From Alloascoidea hylecoeti (Eukaryota), in contig BCKZ01000012.1 of NCBI GenBank assembly GCA_001600815.1, forward strand, positions 248,001 to 312,000: a stretch of DNA of 64,000 nucleotides. Reading direction: 5' to 3'. Both the position numbers and the translations under genes were made by a program. How positions within the stretch are numbered: position 1 is the stretch's first letter; every line of letters begins with the position of its first letter. Below, one piece after another: positions 47,090-59,186 of the stretch. The notes under the pieces are model-generated. The model ran no database searches. It was given only the letters and a program-made list of their open reading frames with translations, and had not been told where the DNA came from.

Positions 47090-48250
47090 ATGTCTAAAAG
47101 AAAAGGTAGGGAATCAGATGAGGAATCTTCCTCACAGAAGGAAGAAAAAAGTGTTGAAGGTTCTGAAACGGGGTCAAGTTCAGAATCAGAATCAGACTCA
47201 GACTCAGATAGCGAGACAGAAGAAACTATATTAAAAGATCAAGGAGAAGTTAAAAAACAATATGATCATTACTATCAAGATTTAATCGATGACCGCACCC
47301 GTATACTGAAAAACAACGATCCTTTGGAAATGACCAGTAAAATCAAGTCGTTACGCGATGTTTTCGGTGATATTGATACATCGAATCCAAGAATGATACA
47401 TTTGGATTCAAGGACAGTTATGGAATTAACTGATCAACACGGATTACAAGTTAGAAATATTAATCACGGCATAAGTAGGGTCAAGGGAATTAATGTTGAT
47501 GATTTTTGTACTCGGTTAGCTGGCTTCTTAGCACCAACTCGTGACATGACAGTAAGATATATGGAGTTAGCAGAACACGGAGGTGAAGGGGCAGAACAGC
47601 TGTCTCATAGAATCGATTGGCAGAAACTTGGTGTACTATCGTTTGCTGTTAGTAAAAGACCACCTACAAATGATTTTATGATCGGGCCTTTAGCAGTTGA
47701 AAAACGTGTGGTGAAACAACGAGCGCCAAGAACGGTTCTAAAAGATATAACAAAGGCTCAAGAGGTTGCAATTAAGGACATTAGTAAAGAGAAGACAGAT
47801 ACACCAACGGTAGTTCAAAATATNTATAAAAAATTTGATTCTTATCAAAGGAAAAAACGAAGATTAAGTTCCAAACCACAACAAATAACACTTTTTGAAT
47901 TCTTTATTAATCCTGATAGTTATTCTCAATCAATTGAGAATTTGTTTTATATTAGTTTTTTGATTAGGGATGGAAAGTTAGAAATGACAGAGGATCCTGA
48001 AACAGGATACCCAATGATAACACTTTCACCAGACTTGCCCAAAGATCCTGATGACCTTTTAGAAGAGATCGAACGACGGAAAAGTTTACCTGCAAATCAT
48101 ATTATTTTTCAATTAGACTATGATACTTGGGANAAACTTAAAAAGAAATTTAATATCACAAAGTGTTTTATTCCTAATAGAGAGCCAGAAGCGAACACGA
48201 GGCCACAAACAGAGACACAAAATAATGGTACTGGAGCTTCTTGGTATTAA
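47090..48250 (+). CDS. NSE4: Smc5/6 kleisin Nse4
   Basis: DFMIGPLAVEKR, LFEFFINPDSYSQSIENLFYISFLIRDG; adjacent to QRI7. Confidence 0.92.
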   Translation: MSKRKGRESDEESSSQKEEKSVEGSETGSSSESESDSDSDSETEETILKDQGEVKKQYDHYYQDLIDDRTRILKNNDPLEMTSKIKSLRDVFGDIDTSNPRMIHLDSRTVMELTDQHGLQVRNINHGISRVKGINVDDFCTRLAGFLAPTRDMTVRYMELAEHGGEGAEQLSHRIDWQKLGVLSFAVSKRPPTNDFMIGPLAVEKRVVKQRAPRTVLKDITKAQEVAIKDISKEKTDTPTVVQNXYKKFDSYQRKKRRLSSKPQQITLFEFFINPDSYSQSIENLFYISFLIRDGKLEMTEDPETGYPMITLSPDLPKDPDDLLEEIERRKSLPANHIIFQLDYDTWXKLKKKFNITKCFIPNREPEANTRPQTETQNNGTGASWY

Positions 48251-48364
48251 TTATCATGAACATTTGCAATTGTGAATAATTATATACAAGTGTAAGTTAT
48301 ATTCTTACACAAACTTAGCAACTAAATAATATATACCAAACGTTTTAATTCGGAATTAATCTAT

Positions 48365-49555
48365 TTACAATCCCTTTCTTGGACCTTTGATCCATCCGTC
48401 AGCCTCCATAATTTTACTGATTTCCCATTTCCTTAATGGTTCAACACTTAATTCTGTTTGCAAGTTTTCTGATTCATATAGCTCGATACCAGCCCATCCA
48501 ATCATTACAGAATTATCTGTACACAATTCTACAGATGGGAAATGAAAATTTTCAATTTGTGGTAAGGAATCTTGAAGCATTTTCCTGAGGGTGGAATTTG
48601 AAGCAACACCACCCGAACAAACAAAATCAGTGATATTTTTTAACTTATCTTCATTTAATTTAAATGACAAACGGATTTTTCTAATGATATGGTCGAATAT
48701 ATTCCGTTGAACTTTTATAGCTAGTGCCTTTTTAATTGAATCGGGATAAGGTTCAACTGATCCACCATAATATTTTTCAATTGTACCTTCAATTGCAGAT
48801 TCGAAACAAGCAAAACTGAAGGCTTGTATTTTTCCTGGTTTCCTACTATTGTTTAACAAGGGAGTTGGTAATGTTGCCGGTGCCTCTTCTTCATTTGCTG
48901 CTATGATATTTGGATCCATTATCAGTTTTTCCATTTCTTTACCTAACATTATTCCATGGAATCCCATGGCCCGTGCACAACAATCTATGGCATTTCCAGC
49001 CGCTATGTCAATGGTATTAAGCAAAATTTCGTGTTCTAGTAGACTTTTCGATAATATTAGCATTGTGTGTCCACCTGATATTAATAAACTTAAAAAAGGA
49101 AACTGTGGTAATTCTCCATTAGATTCAAATCTCGGAACAAGAAGNTGTCCTAGCATATGATGAACACCAATGAAGGGTTTATTCCAAGCGACGGCCAACC
49201 CTTTTGCTATATGGAGACCTGTTGCTAAAGATCCAGTCATACCCGGCCCTCTAGTTGCACAAACTATATCGGGCGTTATTCTATTCTCTTTAGGCCCCAG
49301 AACCTCGCTAACTGCATCGGCCATTGAACGATGATGATGAGTCCAAGCATCTGAAGGAACAATACCTCCGGCTGCCGTAGAATCAAGAGTTTTTTTGATA
49401 TTCTTAATAATTTTNGGGGGACCAGATGGGGGCCTGTCCAAAAGAGTAGCACATGAATCATCACAGGACGATTCTATAGCCAGTACAATATATTTTCTGA
49501 CACCAGAATAGCCTTTAAAACATCTCAGCCTTTGTCTCCTTGCTAAACTTAACAT
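48365..49555 (-). CDS. QRI7: Mitochondrial tRNA t6A threonylcarbamoyltransferase
   Basis: VLAIESSCDD, TRGPGM, GVHHMLG, LLISGGHT, SGGVASN, CTDNSVMIGWAG; Arg-rich presequence from ATG 49555. Confidence 0.95.
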   Translation of the reverse strand: MLSLARRQRLRCFKGYSGVRKYIVLAIESSCDDSCATLLDRPPSGPXKIIKNIKKTLDSTAAGGIVPSDAWTHHHRSMADAVSEVLGPKENRITPDIVCATRGPGMTGSLATGLHIAKGLAVAWNKPFIGVHHMLGXLLVPRFESNGELPQFPFLSLLISGGHTMLILSKSLLEHEILLNTIDIAAGNAIDCCARAMGFHGIMLGKEMEKLIMDPNIIAANEEEAPATLPTPLLNNSRKPGKIQAFSFACFESAIEGTIEKYYGGSVEPYPDSIKKALAIKVQRNIFDHIIRKIRLSFKLNEDKLKNITDFVCSGGVASNSTLRKMLQDSLPQIENFHFPSVELCTDNSVMIGWAGIELYESENLQTELSVEPLRKWEISKIMEADGWIKGPRKGL

Positions 49556-50098
49556 GGTAAAAGAGGTTTGAAATTTCAGAGACAATTAGTGCCGAGATCT
49601 ACCCAGTTTGTGTAAATATTAGAACGCGAAAACGGTGGTAAAAAATCGCCACAGAAAAACTCTCATATATTTCGAGGGTTTCTTCAACTTTTGCAATTGG
49701 CGCAGAGGAATATGCCGATATAGGATCTTTAGAAATATAGAAGAATATAAGCGAAAAGCCCTCTGTTTTACCCCATTTCCCTGTCTATTTGGTTTGCCGT
49801 TGAGACACAATAATTGTTGCCACAAAGATTCCAAACGATTTCCCAGTACACTAGCCATTCAGTGAGGAGCTTCTTTTCAAATATCTCAGTTTTCGGATCT
49901 CATTAAATTCTTAAGAGTCTTGCTTTCAGTCGAGTACTCGTTGTTGAGACCTAACTTTTGCTTATATTCCGCGCGGTCTATTTATTCCGTTTCTGATTCG
50001 TTCATTGCTTTTCAGCACATACAAAATTTAAAACAGTTTAATACAACATAAATTTCCTATCGGTTCGCCCACCGTTCCACAAAACCTCCGACATTATT

Positions 50099-51331
50099 AT
50101 GCCTATGGCTTCATCGGATTCCTCTACAGAATCATGGCCCTATAGCGTAAATAGATCTGACAGAGATCAAAAATCTACCTTTGAAAATTCAACGCAAAAT
50201 CCGGATAATGAAGAAATAAACAAATCACCAATACAACATGCAATGTTGGCCGGAGGGTTTGGAGGTGCTGTTGGTGACTCTATAATGCATTCTTTAGATA
50301 CCGTTAAAACACGCCAGCAAGGCTCTGCTGGCACTCTCAAGTACAGAAACATGATTCCAGCTTATTCAACAATAATACGAGAAGAAGGTATAAGAAGAGG
50401 CTTATANGGCGGTTATGAAGCCGCTATGTTAGGTAGTTTTCCAGGAACTGCAATTTTCTTTGGTACTTATGAAAGCTTGAAGAGACTTATGATCAATGAA
50501 TGGGACTTGAACCCAACATTTTCTTACCTTGTTTCAGGATTTGTTGGTGATTTTGCTTCTACTATAGTTTATGTACCTAGTGAAGTGTTAAAAACTCGTT
50601 TGCAGTTACAGGGAAGACATAATAATCCACATTTCACATCAGGTTATAACTACAAAAATACTACAGACGCTATTAAAACTATAGTTAAAACTGAAGGTTG
50701 GCAAACATTATACTTTGGGTATAAGGCTACTATAGTGAGAGATCTACCATTCTCTGCACTTCAGCTTGCTTTTTATGAAAAGTTTAGGCAATTGGCTTTT
50801 CAATATGCTAGAGACACACAAGATAGTGAAAGTTCTTCTCATCACCCAGTTACATTGCCTATATATATGGAGCTACTTACAGGATCTGCTGCTGGTGGGT
50901 TGGCTGGTACACTAACAACACCTTTGGATGTTATCAAAACCCGAGTTCAAACACAGAAGAAGGTTTCCCCTTCATCTTTAAGCTCAATCAGATCAGGTGG
51001 TACTTTAAATAACCAGCCTATTGCAATGTCTGCTCAGTCGATTGTGAACCAACCATCATCTGCTATTTCAAAAGCACCCAATCCTTCCGGAATAAAAAAA
51101 TATACCATACCNTCAACTGCCCAACCAGCTTATATTAATACTTCATCCACTATAAAAGGTTTAAACCTGATTTATAAAACTGAGGGAATTTACGGCTTAT
51201 TTTCTGGGGTTGGGCCAAGATTTGTATGGACGAGTATTCAAAGTAGCATTATGCTGTTTCTGTACCAGTACTCATTAACTTTTCTCGATAAACAGTTCGG
51301 AGATGGGAAAACTTCCGGTGAAGCGTTCTAG
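50099..51331 (+). CDS. MME1: Mitochondrial carrier, Mme1/YMR166C-like
   Basis: [59 protein letters not shown]. Confidence 0.85.
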   Translation: MPMASSDSSTESWPYSVNRSDRDQKSTFENSTQNPDNEEINKSPIQHAMLAGGFGGAVGDSIMHSLDTVKTRQQGSAGTLKYRNMIPAYSTIIREEGIRRGLXGGYEAAMLGSFPGTAIFFGTYESLKRLMINEWDLNPTFSYLVSGFVGDFASTIVYVPSEVLKTRLQLQGRHNNPHFTSGYNYKNTTDAIKTIVKTEGWQTLYFGYKATIVRDLPFSALQLAFYEKFRQLAFQYARDTQDSESSSHHPVTLPIYMELLTGSAAGGLAGTLTTPLDVIKTRVQTQKKVSPSSLSSIRSGGTLNNQPIAMSAQSIVNQPSSAISKAPNPSGIKKYTIXSTAQPAYINTSSTIKGLNLIYKTEGIYGLFSGVGPRFVWTSIQSSIMLFLYQYSLTFLDKQFGDGKTSGEAF

Positions 51332-51659
51332 TTTATTTACTTCAGGTAAAGTTGGCATTAAAAAAGTTATATTATACATTGAATTTAGGAGTCATAGAAT
51401 TTAATCAAACAGGTGTTGGATTTTGTCATTACTAGCTGGTATTGTAATTAATACCCAAAATTCTTATTTATACCATTATAAAGCTGTTTTTTTGTATATT
51501 ATTTATCAAGTGCACATTTTTTCCAACTAGAAAACAATATAATGAACAAAATGTGTTGTATATATTCAAGACGATAATAATAATAAACAATATAGTATCT
51601 TATACTCATGAAATTGTAAATAATGAAAGATGCGAATTTATGTAATTAATATTTATTGT

Positions 51660-54600
51660 TTAAGAGAGATCAAATCCTGCTTCAGCGCTAATCGAATATA
51701 ATAACTTTTCTCTTAAAATTTTTTTATCTTTATAATCTGGTAATTTTAATAAATTAACACATGTAGATGCTGTAGGTAATCGATTTATATCACTTCCTGA
51801 ATTTCTTAAAGAAAATAATGGTTTTAATTCACCAAATCCTAATAGTGGAGCTCTAGGCACAGATGTCACAAATTTAATTAATTTTGAAAGTTCGGTAGGT
51901 GTCATTTCAGCAAGTACTTCCCAGAAATATTTAACGGTGATCTCATTCTCAAGATATCCACCGTAAACTGTATGCTTTCGAAGGTCATCAATGTTAATTG
52001 AGGAAGAACCACCACTTACAAGCATTTGTAATTCATTTGGGTTAAACATTCCTAACCATAATGGTGATATGAAACTTGTCATGCCTTGCAAAAATGCCTG
52101 TGATTGCAAATGTAACACACTGTTTAACTTGAAGTTTGCAACTGCGTGGACATATTCAAGTCTGTTTGNATTTGTAACTGCAATNTTTGAGCCATTAGGT
52201 TGGAGGTCAATGGTAACTTGCCTAGTACTATCGCCATATAAAACTTCCTGAACAATTGTAAAGTTTAATGCCAGATCCTCGACATTATCACTATACCTTC
52301 GTAATTTTGCAAGTCCACTATGTAAATCAGGATCCAATGAATATAGATCGTCGAATGAGTTACGGATTTGATTTTTACTAAACCATTTTTGTAAAAAGAA
52401 TGATGCAAAATCAACTGGTACCAATACTCCTTCATATAAACACTTTCCAATAATAGATCCTAAAAATTTAATATATTGAAGCTTCTTTCTTCTTATTTTT
52501 TTATCTTCTTCTGTTAAATATTTATCTGGAACACCAAGGATAGGATTTGGATATAATAAATGATCATCTGTTGTAACAAATAAACCCGTACTTGGAGAAA
52601 ACCCATCGTTACAAACAGATGTCAAAAATTCTTTAGTTAAACCACCACCATCAATACCAGCTTCAGGCCCATATTCATTTAAAAATGTAACGCGGATATT
52701 GTGTTTGAAATCTGCTCCTAGATCATGAAAAGATTCATATGCATCACCAAACACATTGTTACGTCTTATTGTACCATCGCGGCTAGATGGACCCACATCA
52801 AAGAATGCAGAATAACGANTAGATATAAGCCGACTCTGATCTAATGATAGAAAAGCCTGAAATATTCTAACACGATCAAAAAATGGCAAAAAAAAGGGTG
52901 TATTTTCCAATATACTCAACCTAGCACTTAACTCATGTTGCATCAACTTTGTCTTTGGCGCCCTATGAGCTTTGTTTCGTGAACCAATATTACTTAGAAA
53001 AGAAGGGGTATCGCCATCATCATCACTATCGGTTTCATCATCTTGAGCTTCTTGGGCTTCATGTCGTCGTTCCTCCTCTTCAGCAACTGCCACAACAAAA
53101 TTATTCAACGCGATCTTTTGAGACATCAGCCAAAAGTCTGTTGGAACAAAAGCTCTTCTTGAATCTCTAATATAAATTTGTTTCAGTACTTTAATTGTGA
53201 TGGCTTTTAACCTGCTATATGAAATATCAGTATCAGCAATTTTTGGGATATTTACCTTACCATCATTCCATATAATTGAGAAGCAAATATTTTTTAAAAA
53301 TGTACATAAGTTCAAAACCTCTTCAATTTGTAGACCTGTGGTATCAGCGCTAAAAAACTCAATATCATCACTGATTATTAACCAGAAAGAATACATTTCA
53401 AGAAATATAACTAAAGATGCCCAATGTAAACCATTAGTTTGAAGTATTTGAGTAAGTTCTGGTAATTTAAGATCAGATTTATAGAATAATTCAAATTGTG
53501 GTGATTGAACAGCAGTTTGATAGAAAAACTTTAGTGAAGAGCTGTTAAGTTGAACAGATAAATAGAGCATCAGACTATTCTTTTTCGATGGAAATATTTT
53601 AATTAAAGAAGAGTAGAATAAAGCCAAGACATTCTTTAAAGCCTGTGGATTATCGTTAGCTAAATCGAATACTTTCATAGTAAATTCTCTAGTATATAAA
53701 AAGTTTAGTTGATTGNGTATAAATTTATCGTTTAAAATAAAAACTCCTGACTTCGATATTTTTGAGTCAATTTCACTTTTCTCCTCTTCTGATTCTGAAT
53801 CATCTTTATCATTGACTAATGCGGATTTAAACAGGACATTTAAAGAAGACACTATATTTCCAAGAGCCACAATAATCTCTATTGAGATACTATGATCAGT
53901 TAAGAAAATAAAGTTTACNAGAAGCCATATTTTTTGGTCCCTTGTTAGATTAATAAGGGTATCATCCGAGCTATTAATTATTGACAACTGATGTGCAACT
54001 TGAGACCCTAGATCTGAGAGATCATTCTTGGGGAAAATATCAAACAGATGAGGAATCGATAGAATATAAAGACTCAATGATCTAGTATCACGGTATGAGA
54101 AGAATTTTAACACAGTAAACAATGTTGGAGGCAGAGTAGAAGTAGGAAGTTTGCTTGTGATGAAATCCGACAAGAAATTTCCAAGCCCTTTAAAAACTTG
54201 CTCATGTGATTTATAAGAGGTCGAGTCCTTGGAGAAAATTAATAATAGTATCCCAAATAGTAAATCATAAAATGTTGTGTTATTGCCCTCTCCCAAGGAT
54301 ACCCATAAATGCTTATCTTGAATCAATGTGAGTACGTTTTTATGAATATCTAATAAGAGCGATCGTGATAAGAACATATTTATATTCGGAACATTCTGTT
54401 GGCTTAGAACATTATATACCAAAACCAGTCGTCTTGTATCATTTATATCCATTTCATTAACTAATTTACCGAAAAAAAAGTTAAAATCTGCCATAAATCT
54501 AACAAATTGTGTACCTTCTATATTATCGCCACTTCCAAAAGCGTTTTCGTTTAAGTACATATCATCCCAAGAAGATTTAATATCTTTTCTAGTCTTGTAT

Positions 54601-54794
54601 AGGTTTAAAGAATGACGGACATATGCTTGAGTTTTAGAAGCTGCCTTCTCTTCCTCTTTGGTCTGGTGTCGTTTTTCTCTATCAGCTTGGGCTTTTTGAA
54701 GTAATGAAGTACGCGTCGCCGCTGGTTTTTTGCGATCTCCGAGATTAATATTTCTGCGACGGCGGAATTGACCTGAAAAATTATGACCTAGCAT
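51660..54794 (-). CDS. HUL5: HECT E3 ubiquitin ligase (Hul5/UBE3C type)
   Basis: NFSGQ..RRNINLG N-terminus, IQ-like motif, EAGIDGGGLTKEFL, RLPTASTCVNLLKLP, GFDLS end. Confidence 0.92.
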   Translation of the reverse strand: MLGHNFSGQFRRRRNINLGDRKKPAATRTSLLQKAQADREKRHQTKEEEKAASKTQAYVRHSLNLYKTRKDIKSSWDDMYLNENAFGSGDNIEGTQFVRFMADFNFFFGKLVNEMDINDTRRLVLVYNVLSQQNVPNINMFLSRSLLLDIHKNVLTLIQDKHLWVSLGEGNNTTFYDLLFGILLLIFSKDSTSYKSHEQVFKGLGNFLSDFITSKLPTSTLPPTLFTVLKFFSYRDTRSLSLYILSIPHLFDIFPKNDLSDLGSQVAHQLSIINSSDDTLINLTRDQKIWLXVNFIFLTDHSISIEIIVALGNIVSSLNVLFKSALVNDKDDSESEEEKSEIDSKISKSGVFILNDKFIXNQLNFLYTREFTMKVFDLANDNPQALKNVLALFYSSLIKIFPSKKNSLMLYLSVQLNSSSLKFFYQTAVQSPQFELFYKSDLKLPELTQILQTNGLHWASLVIFLEMYSFWLIISDDIEFFSADTTGLQIEEVLNLCTFLKNICFSIIWNDGKVNIPKIADTDISYSRLKAITIKVLKQIYIRDSRRAFVPTDFWLMSQKIALNNFVVAVAEEEERRHEAQEAQDDETDSDDDGDTPSFLSNIGSRNKAHRAPKTKLMQHELSARLSILENTPFFLPFFDRVRIFQAFLSLDQSRLISXRYSAFFDVGPSSRDGTIRRNNVFGDAYESFHDLGADFKHNIRVTFLNEYGPEAGIDGGGLTKEFLTSVCNDGFSPSTGLFVTTDDHLLYPNPILGVPDKYLTEEDKKIRRKKLQYIKFLGSIIGKCLYEGVLVPVDFASFFLQKWFSKNQIRNSFDDLYSLDPDLHSGLAKLRRYSDNVEDLALNFTIVQEVLYGDSTRQVTIDLQPNGSXIAVTNXNRLEYVHAVANFKLNSVLHLQSQAFLQGMTSFISPLWLGMFNPNELQMLVSGGSSSINIDDLRKHTVYGGYLENEITVKYFWEVLAEMTPTELSKLIKFVTSVPRAPLLGFGELKPLFSLRNSGSDINRLPTASTCVNLLKLPDYKDKKILREKLLYSISAEAGFDLS

Positions 54795-55082
54795 NCCTTT
54801 GACTTTGATTTCAAAGGAGGATGGCAAATGGAATGATATTAATAAGTTATAAGGATGATATTAGATTAGTGATATAAAGGATGTCTCGCACGTGCTCAGA
54901 TTAGTAATTATAATTTTTTTAACCTTTCATATATATAACTAGAAACTATGTAAATTCTGAGGAAATTTCTACTATATAAGGCGAAATAAAAACCTCTATA
55001 TNTATTCTTATTATTTTTGTTTTTTTAGCCTACTGTTTCTCATGTGTAAAATATAAGTCTAGCTCCAAAAANAAAGAAAAGA

Positions 55083-55156
55083 GGTTCGATGGTCTAGTTG
55101 GTTATGGCATCTGCTTAACACGCAGAACGTCCCCAGTTCGATCCTGGGTCGAATCA
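55083..55156 (+). tRNA. tRNA-Val(AAC)
   Basis: Cloverleaf GGTTCGA/TCGAATC, anticodon arm TCTGC-TTAACAC-GCAGA, GTTCGATCC T-loop, followed by a T5 run. Confidence 0.98.
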
Positions 55157-55246
55157 AATTTTTGACATTTGAACATCACAAACACCCATGCACCATTCAA
55201 TGGAATCTTTTTTTTAACTCCATCTCAGGTACTTCATAAGCTGGTA

Positions 55247-57652
55247 ATGGTATCGTTTACGTCGCTATCACCAGACAAATCGGTGTATCAATCATTACTA
55301 TCTTTTCCATCAGTTAATGTCTTGATTGATTTAGGATGGGACAAACTATTACAACAAGAAACACTGGCCTCATTGGAAAACATAATTCAATCCTCAACAA
55401 CAACAATAGACTTAATTCTTTTAACGCATCCTACGATTTCACATTTGGGAGCATATGCTTATCTATGTTATAAATTTCCTGACTTTGCTCAGGTTCCTGT
55501 ATACGCTACACTACCTGTTATAAATATGGGAAGAATGATAACTATGGAGGCATATAGAAGCATCGGATTATTAGGCCCAGTGAAAGGTAGTGAAATTTCA
55601 ACTAATGAGATTGAAAATTATTTTGATAAGATATCCCCATTGAAATACTCACAGGCAATTTCATTCAGTGGACTGATGATTACTGGTTTTAATGCTGGTC
55701 ACTCTTTAGGTGGAACGATCTGGAAACTACAGCGAGAGCAAGAAACCGTGATATACTCTGTAGATTTTAATCATTCTAAAGATACATTTCTTAATGGTTC
55801 CTCAATTCTTCAGCCGAATGGTACAATTTATTCAAGTTTTTTAAAACCTTCAACATTAATCATAAACACAAAAACAGGAACAAATACAAATACAAAAAAT
55901 AAAACTGACTTACTTATAGCATCCATAAAAGATACATTAAATTCTCAAGGAATAGTAATTCTCCCAACCTCTATAGGCTGCCGAATGCTAGAACTTTGCC
56001 ATATACTAGATAACTTATGGCACGATAAAGTATTTGGAGACGATGCAGTCTTGCTTTGCCTATCTCATGTAGGAAATAGGACTTTGAATTATGCTTCTTC
56101 GATGTTTGAATGGATGTCAGCTAATATCATNAAGGAATGGGAAACCATGGGCAAATCACCTTTCAGCAAACATATTAAGGTGGTGAATAGTGTTGATGCT
56201 TTAAAACCTTACAAAGATAAGCCAAGAGTAATACTGGTAGCAGACGAATTGATGGAACATGGCCTTTCTAGAATCTTATTTGAACAAATGTGCAGGAACG
56301 AAAATGCCAAGATTATATTAACGGAGATGCCAGTTAAAGGATCATTAGCTTATAGACTTTATAAGCTGTGGCAAGAAAAAAAAGGTGCTGATAGATTCAC
56401 TTTAAAATTCACACTAGAAGTTCCTCTTAAAGGTAGTGAACTGACACAATATGAACAAGCTATTGACGAGCAAGTAGGACAACGAAACAACACTTTAAAA
56501 AATGAACTATTAAACTTAGAAAACGATTCAGATTCAGAATCTGATGATGATGAAGATTTAATAAGCGGAACGAAACATGCAAATATGGAAGATACTTACA
56601 CAACTAATTTTGATATTTATCTCCAAAATGGCACTACAAAACTAAAAATGTTCCCATATCAAAAGAAAAGGGTGAGACTTGATGATTATGGTGAAGTCAT
56701 AAAACATGAAAATTACATAAGACCGGAGGAACAAGAAATAATTGTTAAAACAGCAATGCTTGAGAATTCCGAAAATGGTAACAAAAAACAAAAGTTAGGT
56801 GAAAAAAAATTATGGCAATTACCAGCAGGAAGCACTACAAATCCTAATTCTATCACTAATAATATTGAAATCGATGATACATCAAAGTTAAACGTTCTGG
56901 ACAAGAATAATACACCATTCAAACATATTTTTGAACTACGAGATCTTAACGTTATCTGCCAAATCAATTTTTTTGATTTTGAAGGTCTTATTGACCAAAG
57001 ATCCCGTTCTATGATTATTCCACAACTAAAACCCAAAAAATTGATTATTTTAGATAATGGTATTGAAGAATTATCCGAAAAGAGATTAAAAGATCAATTT
57101 TCTGTTGCAACTGATAAAATTGATGATATATTTGTTGCCAAATGGCAAGAACCTATAGTCACTAATACAGAAGCCACATCATTCGATGTAGAGATATCGG
57201 ATAAATTACATAAATTGTTAAAATGGCAAAACATTTCAGGTGGATTTTCTATTTCACATATTGTTGGAACACTGAAGAAGAAGTCAATTGGAAATGAAGA
57301 CAAATATAAAATCACCCAAGAAAACAATACAGATGCCAATGATCCAGCAGAAGCAGAGAAGAAGATACGAGAAAGAAATAATGAAGAGTTTGTACTTGAA
57401 CCAATAAATGCCAATCTTTCAAATATTAGAACACAACCTTTGGTTGTTGGCGACATCCGATTATCTGAACTCAAAAGGAAGCTCATATCTATGGGATACA
57501 AAGCTGAATATAAAGGTGAAGGTATACTAGTTTGTGATAATACTATTATCATTCGAAAATTAAATGAAGGAAATATTATCGTTGATGGTGGTTTGGATGA
57601 TAAATTCTATGAAGTTAGAGAAATCGTTAGAGGTTTGATAGCGTTTGTCTAA
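55247..57652 (+). CDS. CFT2: Cleavage and polyadenylation factor subunit Cft2/Ydh1 (CPSF100)
   Basis: LIDLGW, ILLTHPTISHLGAY, VYATLPVINMGR, NAGHSLGGTIW, DDYGEVI, GDIRLSELKRKL, GEGILV; first ATG at 55247. Confidence 0.93.
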   Translation: MVSFTSLSPDKSVYQSLLSFPSVNVLIDLGWDKLLQQETLASLENIIQSSTTTIDLILLTHPTISHLGAYAYLCYKFPDFAQVPVYATLPVINMGRMITMEAYRSIGLLGPVKGSEISTNEIENYFDKISPLKYSQAISFSGLMITGFNAGHSLGGTIWKLQREQETVIYSVDFNHSKDTFLNGSSILQPNGTIYSSFLKPSTLIINTKTGTNTNTKNKTDLLIASIKDTLNSQGIVILPTSIGCRMLELCHILDNLWHDKVFGDDAVLLCLSHVGNRTLNYASSMFEWMSANIXKEWETMGKSPFSKHIKVVNSVDALKPYKDKPRVILVADELMEHGLSRILFEQMCRNENAKIILTEMPVKGSLAYRLYKLWQEKKGADRFTLKFTLEVPLKGSELTQYEQAIDEQVGQRNNTLKNELLNLENDSDSESDDDEDLISGTKHANMEDTYTTNFDIYLQNGTTKLKMFPYQKKRVRLDDYGEVIKHENYIRPEEQEIIVKTAMLENSENGNKKQKLGEKKLWQLPAGSTTNPNSITNNIEIDDTSKLNVLDKNNTPFKHIFELRDLNVICQINFFDFEGLIDQRSRSMIIPQLKPKKLIILDNGIEELSEKRLKDQFSVATDKIDDIFVAKWQEPIVTNTEATSFDVEISDKLHKLLKWQNISGGFSISHIVGTLKKKSIGNEDKYKITQENNTDANDPAEAEKKIRERNNEEFVLEPINANLSNIRTQPLVVGDIRLSELKRKLISMGYKAEYKGEGILVCDNTIIIRKLNEGNIIVDGGLDDKFYEVREIVRGLIAFV

Positions 57653-57841
57653 GTACACTATATCACCGGCTATTATGTAATGTCAATATAATTAACATTT
57701 ATTATATTATTCAGAATATCATGATTAGAACTATGAAATTAAACTGCACTAATTATTCAATATATTATAGATAAGTTTTAATGTAATTTATAATATTTAA
57801 ATAATAGATAACCTTCAATAATGATATATAGTTGTAATTGT

Positions 57842-58770
57842 TTAANCCAATGGTGGAATGACCTTATCAAAGAATTTGAAAAGATTTGAGAGTTCCTCAG
57901 GGGAAGTACTATGCCCCATCCCTTGGTACTCAGTCCAGTTTACATTAGTGAATGAATTATCATCGAAAACTTTCTTGGTGCGTTTTCCAATTTGGAAGTC
58001 AATGACCGGATCATGGGTACCATGACCAAAAAATATTGGAGTATTCTTNTTCACTTCTTTTATATTCTATATCAATAAGATTAGTTTTATACTCTATATT
58101 TTAATTGTAAATTATCATTCGTTAAACATACCTTAACTCTCTCTTCAGCACCTGGCAGAAAGCCAGATAAAGAAACAAAACCAGCAAATTTCTTATCCGC
58201 AAGTATGGCGGTCTATTTGAAAGAAAGAATTAATGTTAGATCTGACGATATTGAATTATTTTATTAACATACCGTTAAAGAGACAGCTGCTCCCTGACTG
58301 AACCCACCAATCAAAATTCTATGAGGTTCGATTCCATTTTTGATTTGCTCTTCGACAAGAGTGAGAAGGGCCTTAACTGAATTATCAATGCCTTTTAGAT
58401 CCTGTTTGGCGTTCGGGTTCCCAAATTCAAAGATGTCAAACCTGTTGCAATGTAATGAAAAATATTAGTGATCTGTCGCAGCTATAAATTGAATAAGCTG
58501 AACGTACCAAGCAGGCATTTTTGCGCCGTAATTCTAGAATTCTCAGTTAGTATCTATAGGTTTAATATTTTTTTTGAATAAACTTACACAGGTAACTGGT
58601 ATACTGGGGGCATTAGGAAGGACCAGATTGATGTGGTCATATTTCGAGGATTGAGACAAGTAGTCGGACAAAAAAGACCAGCCATTGCCACTGTCACCTA
58701 GACCATGAAGGAAAATAATGGCGGCAGAAGCCTTTGATTTTGCCGTGACCCGAATAGCTGAAAGAGACAT
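57842..58770 (-). CDS. Acyl-protein thioesterase 1 / lysophospholipase (YLR118C-like). Exons 58770-58588, 58533-58508, 58441-58273, 58212-58132, 58066-57842
   Basis: IFLHGLGDSG, MPAWFDI, GGFSQG, HGTHDPVI, GMGHS restored by four in-frame GT-AG introns (228 codons). Confidence 0.93.
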
Positions 58771-59186
58771 AGTATATGACTTGGAGGACTGGTAATATTA
58801 ACGTTTGTGAGAAAAAGAATTTTGAGACTGAGATTATTAATAATTATCGATTATGTAGTCACTTCACTTAATTTAGGCCGTACTGTTTGCTAATATTGAT
58901 CATCTCCATAACCACTTTTCGGCTAGGTTTGGCACCTGAAGTTATATATCCCTGCATATTAGCGGGTCATACCAATAATAATGTAGTCGAAAATTAGTNT
59001 TGAATATGGGCAATAACCAATGATCATCATTGCGGAAATTAAGTGAAATGATTATATTCATACGTTAAAATACAAGTATTTGACAATCACATAATATTTA
59101 TAATTATCAGACAATGCTTCTAAAGATATCAAATAAAATAATCTTTGAAGGTACAAACCTTCTTTCTACCTACAGATATTCTATTG

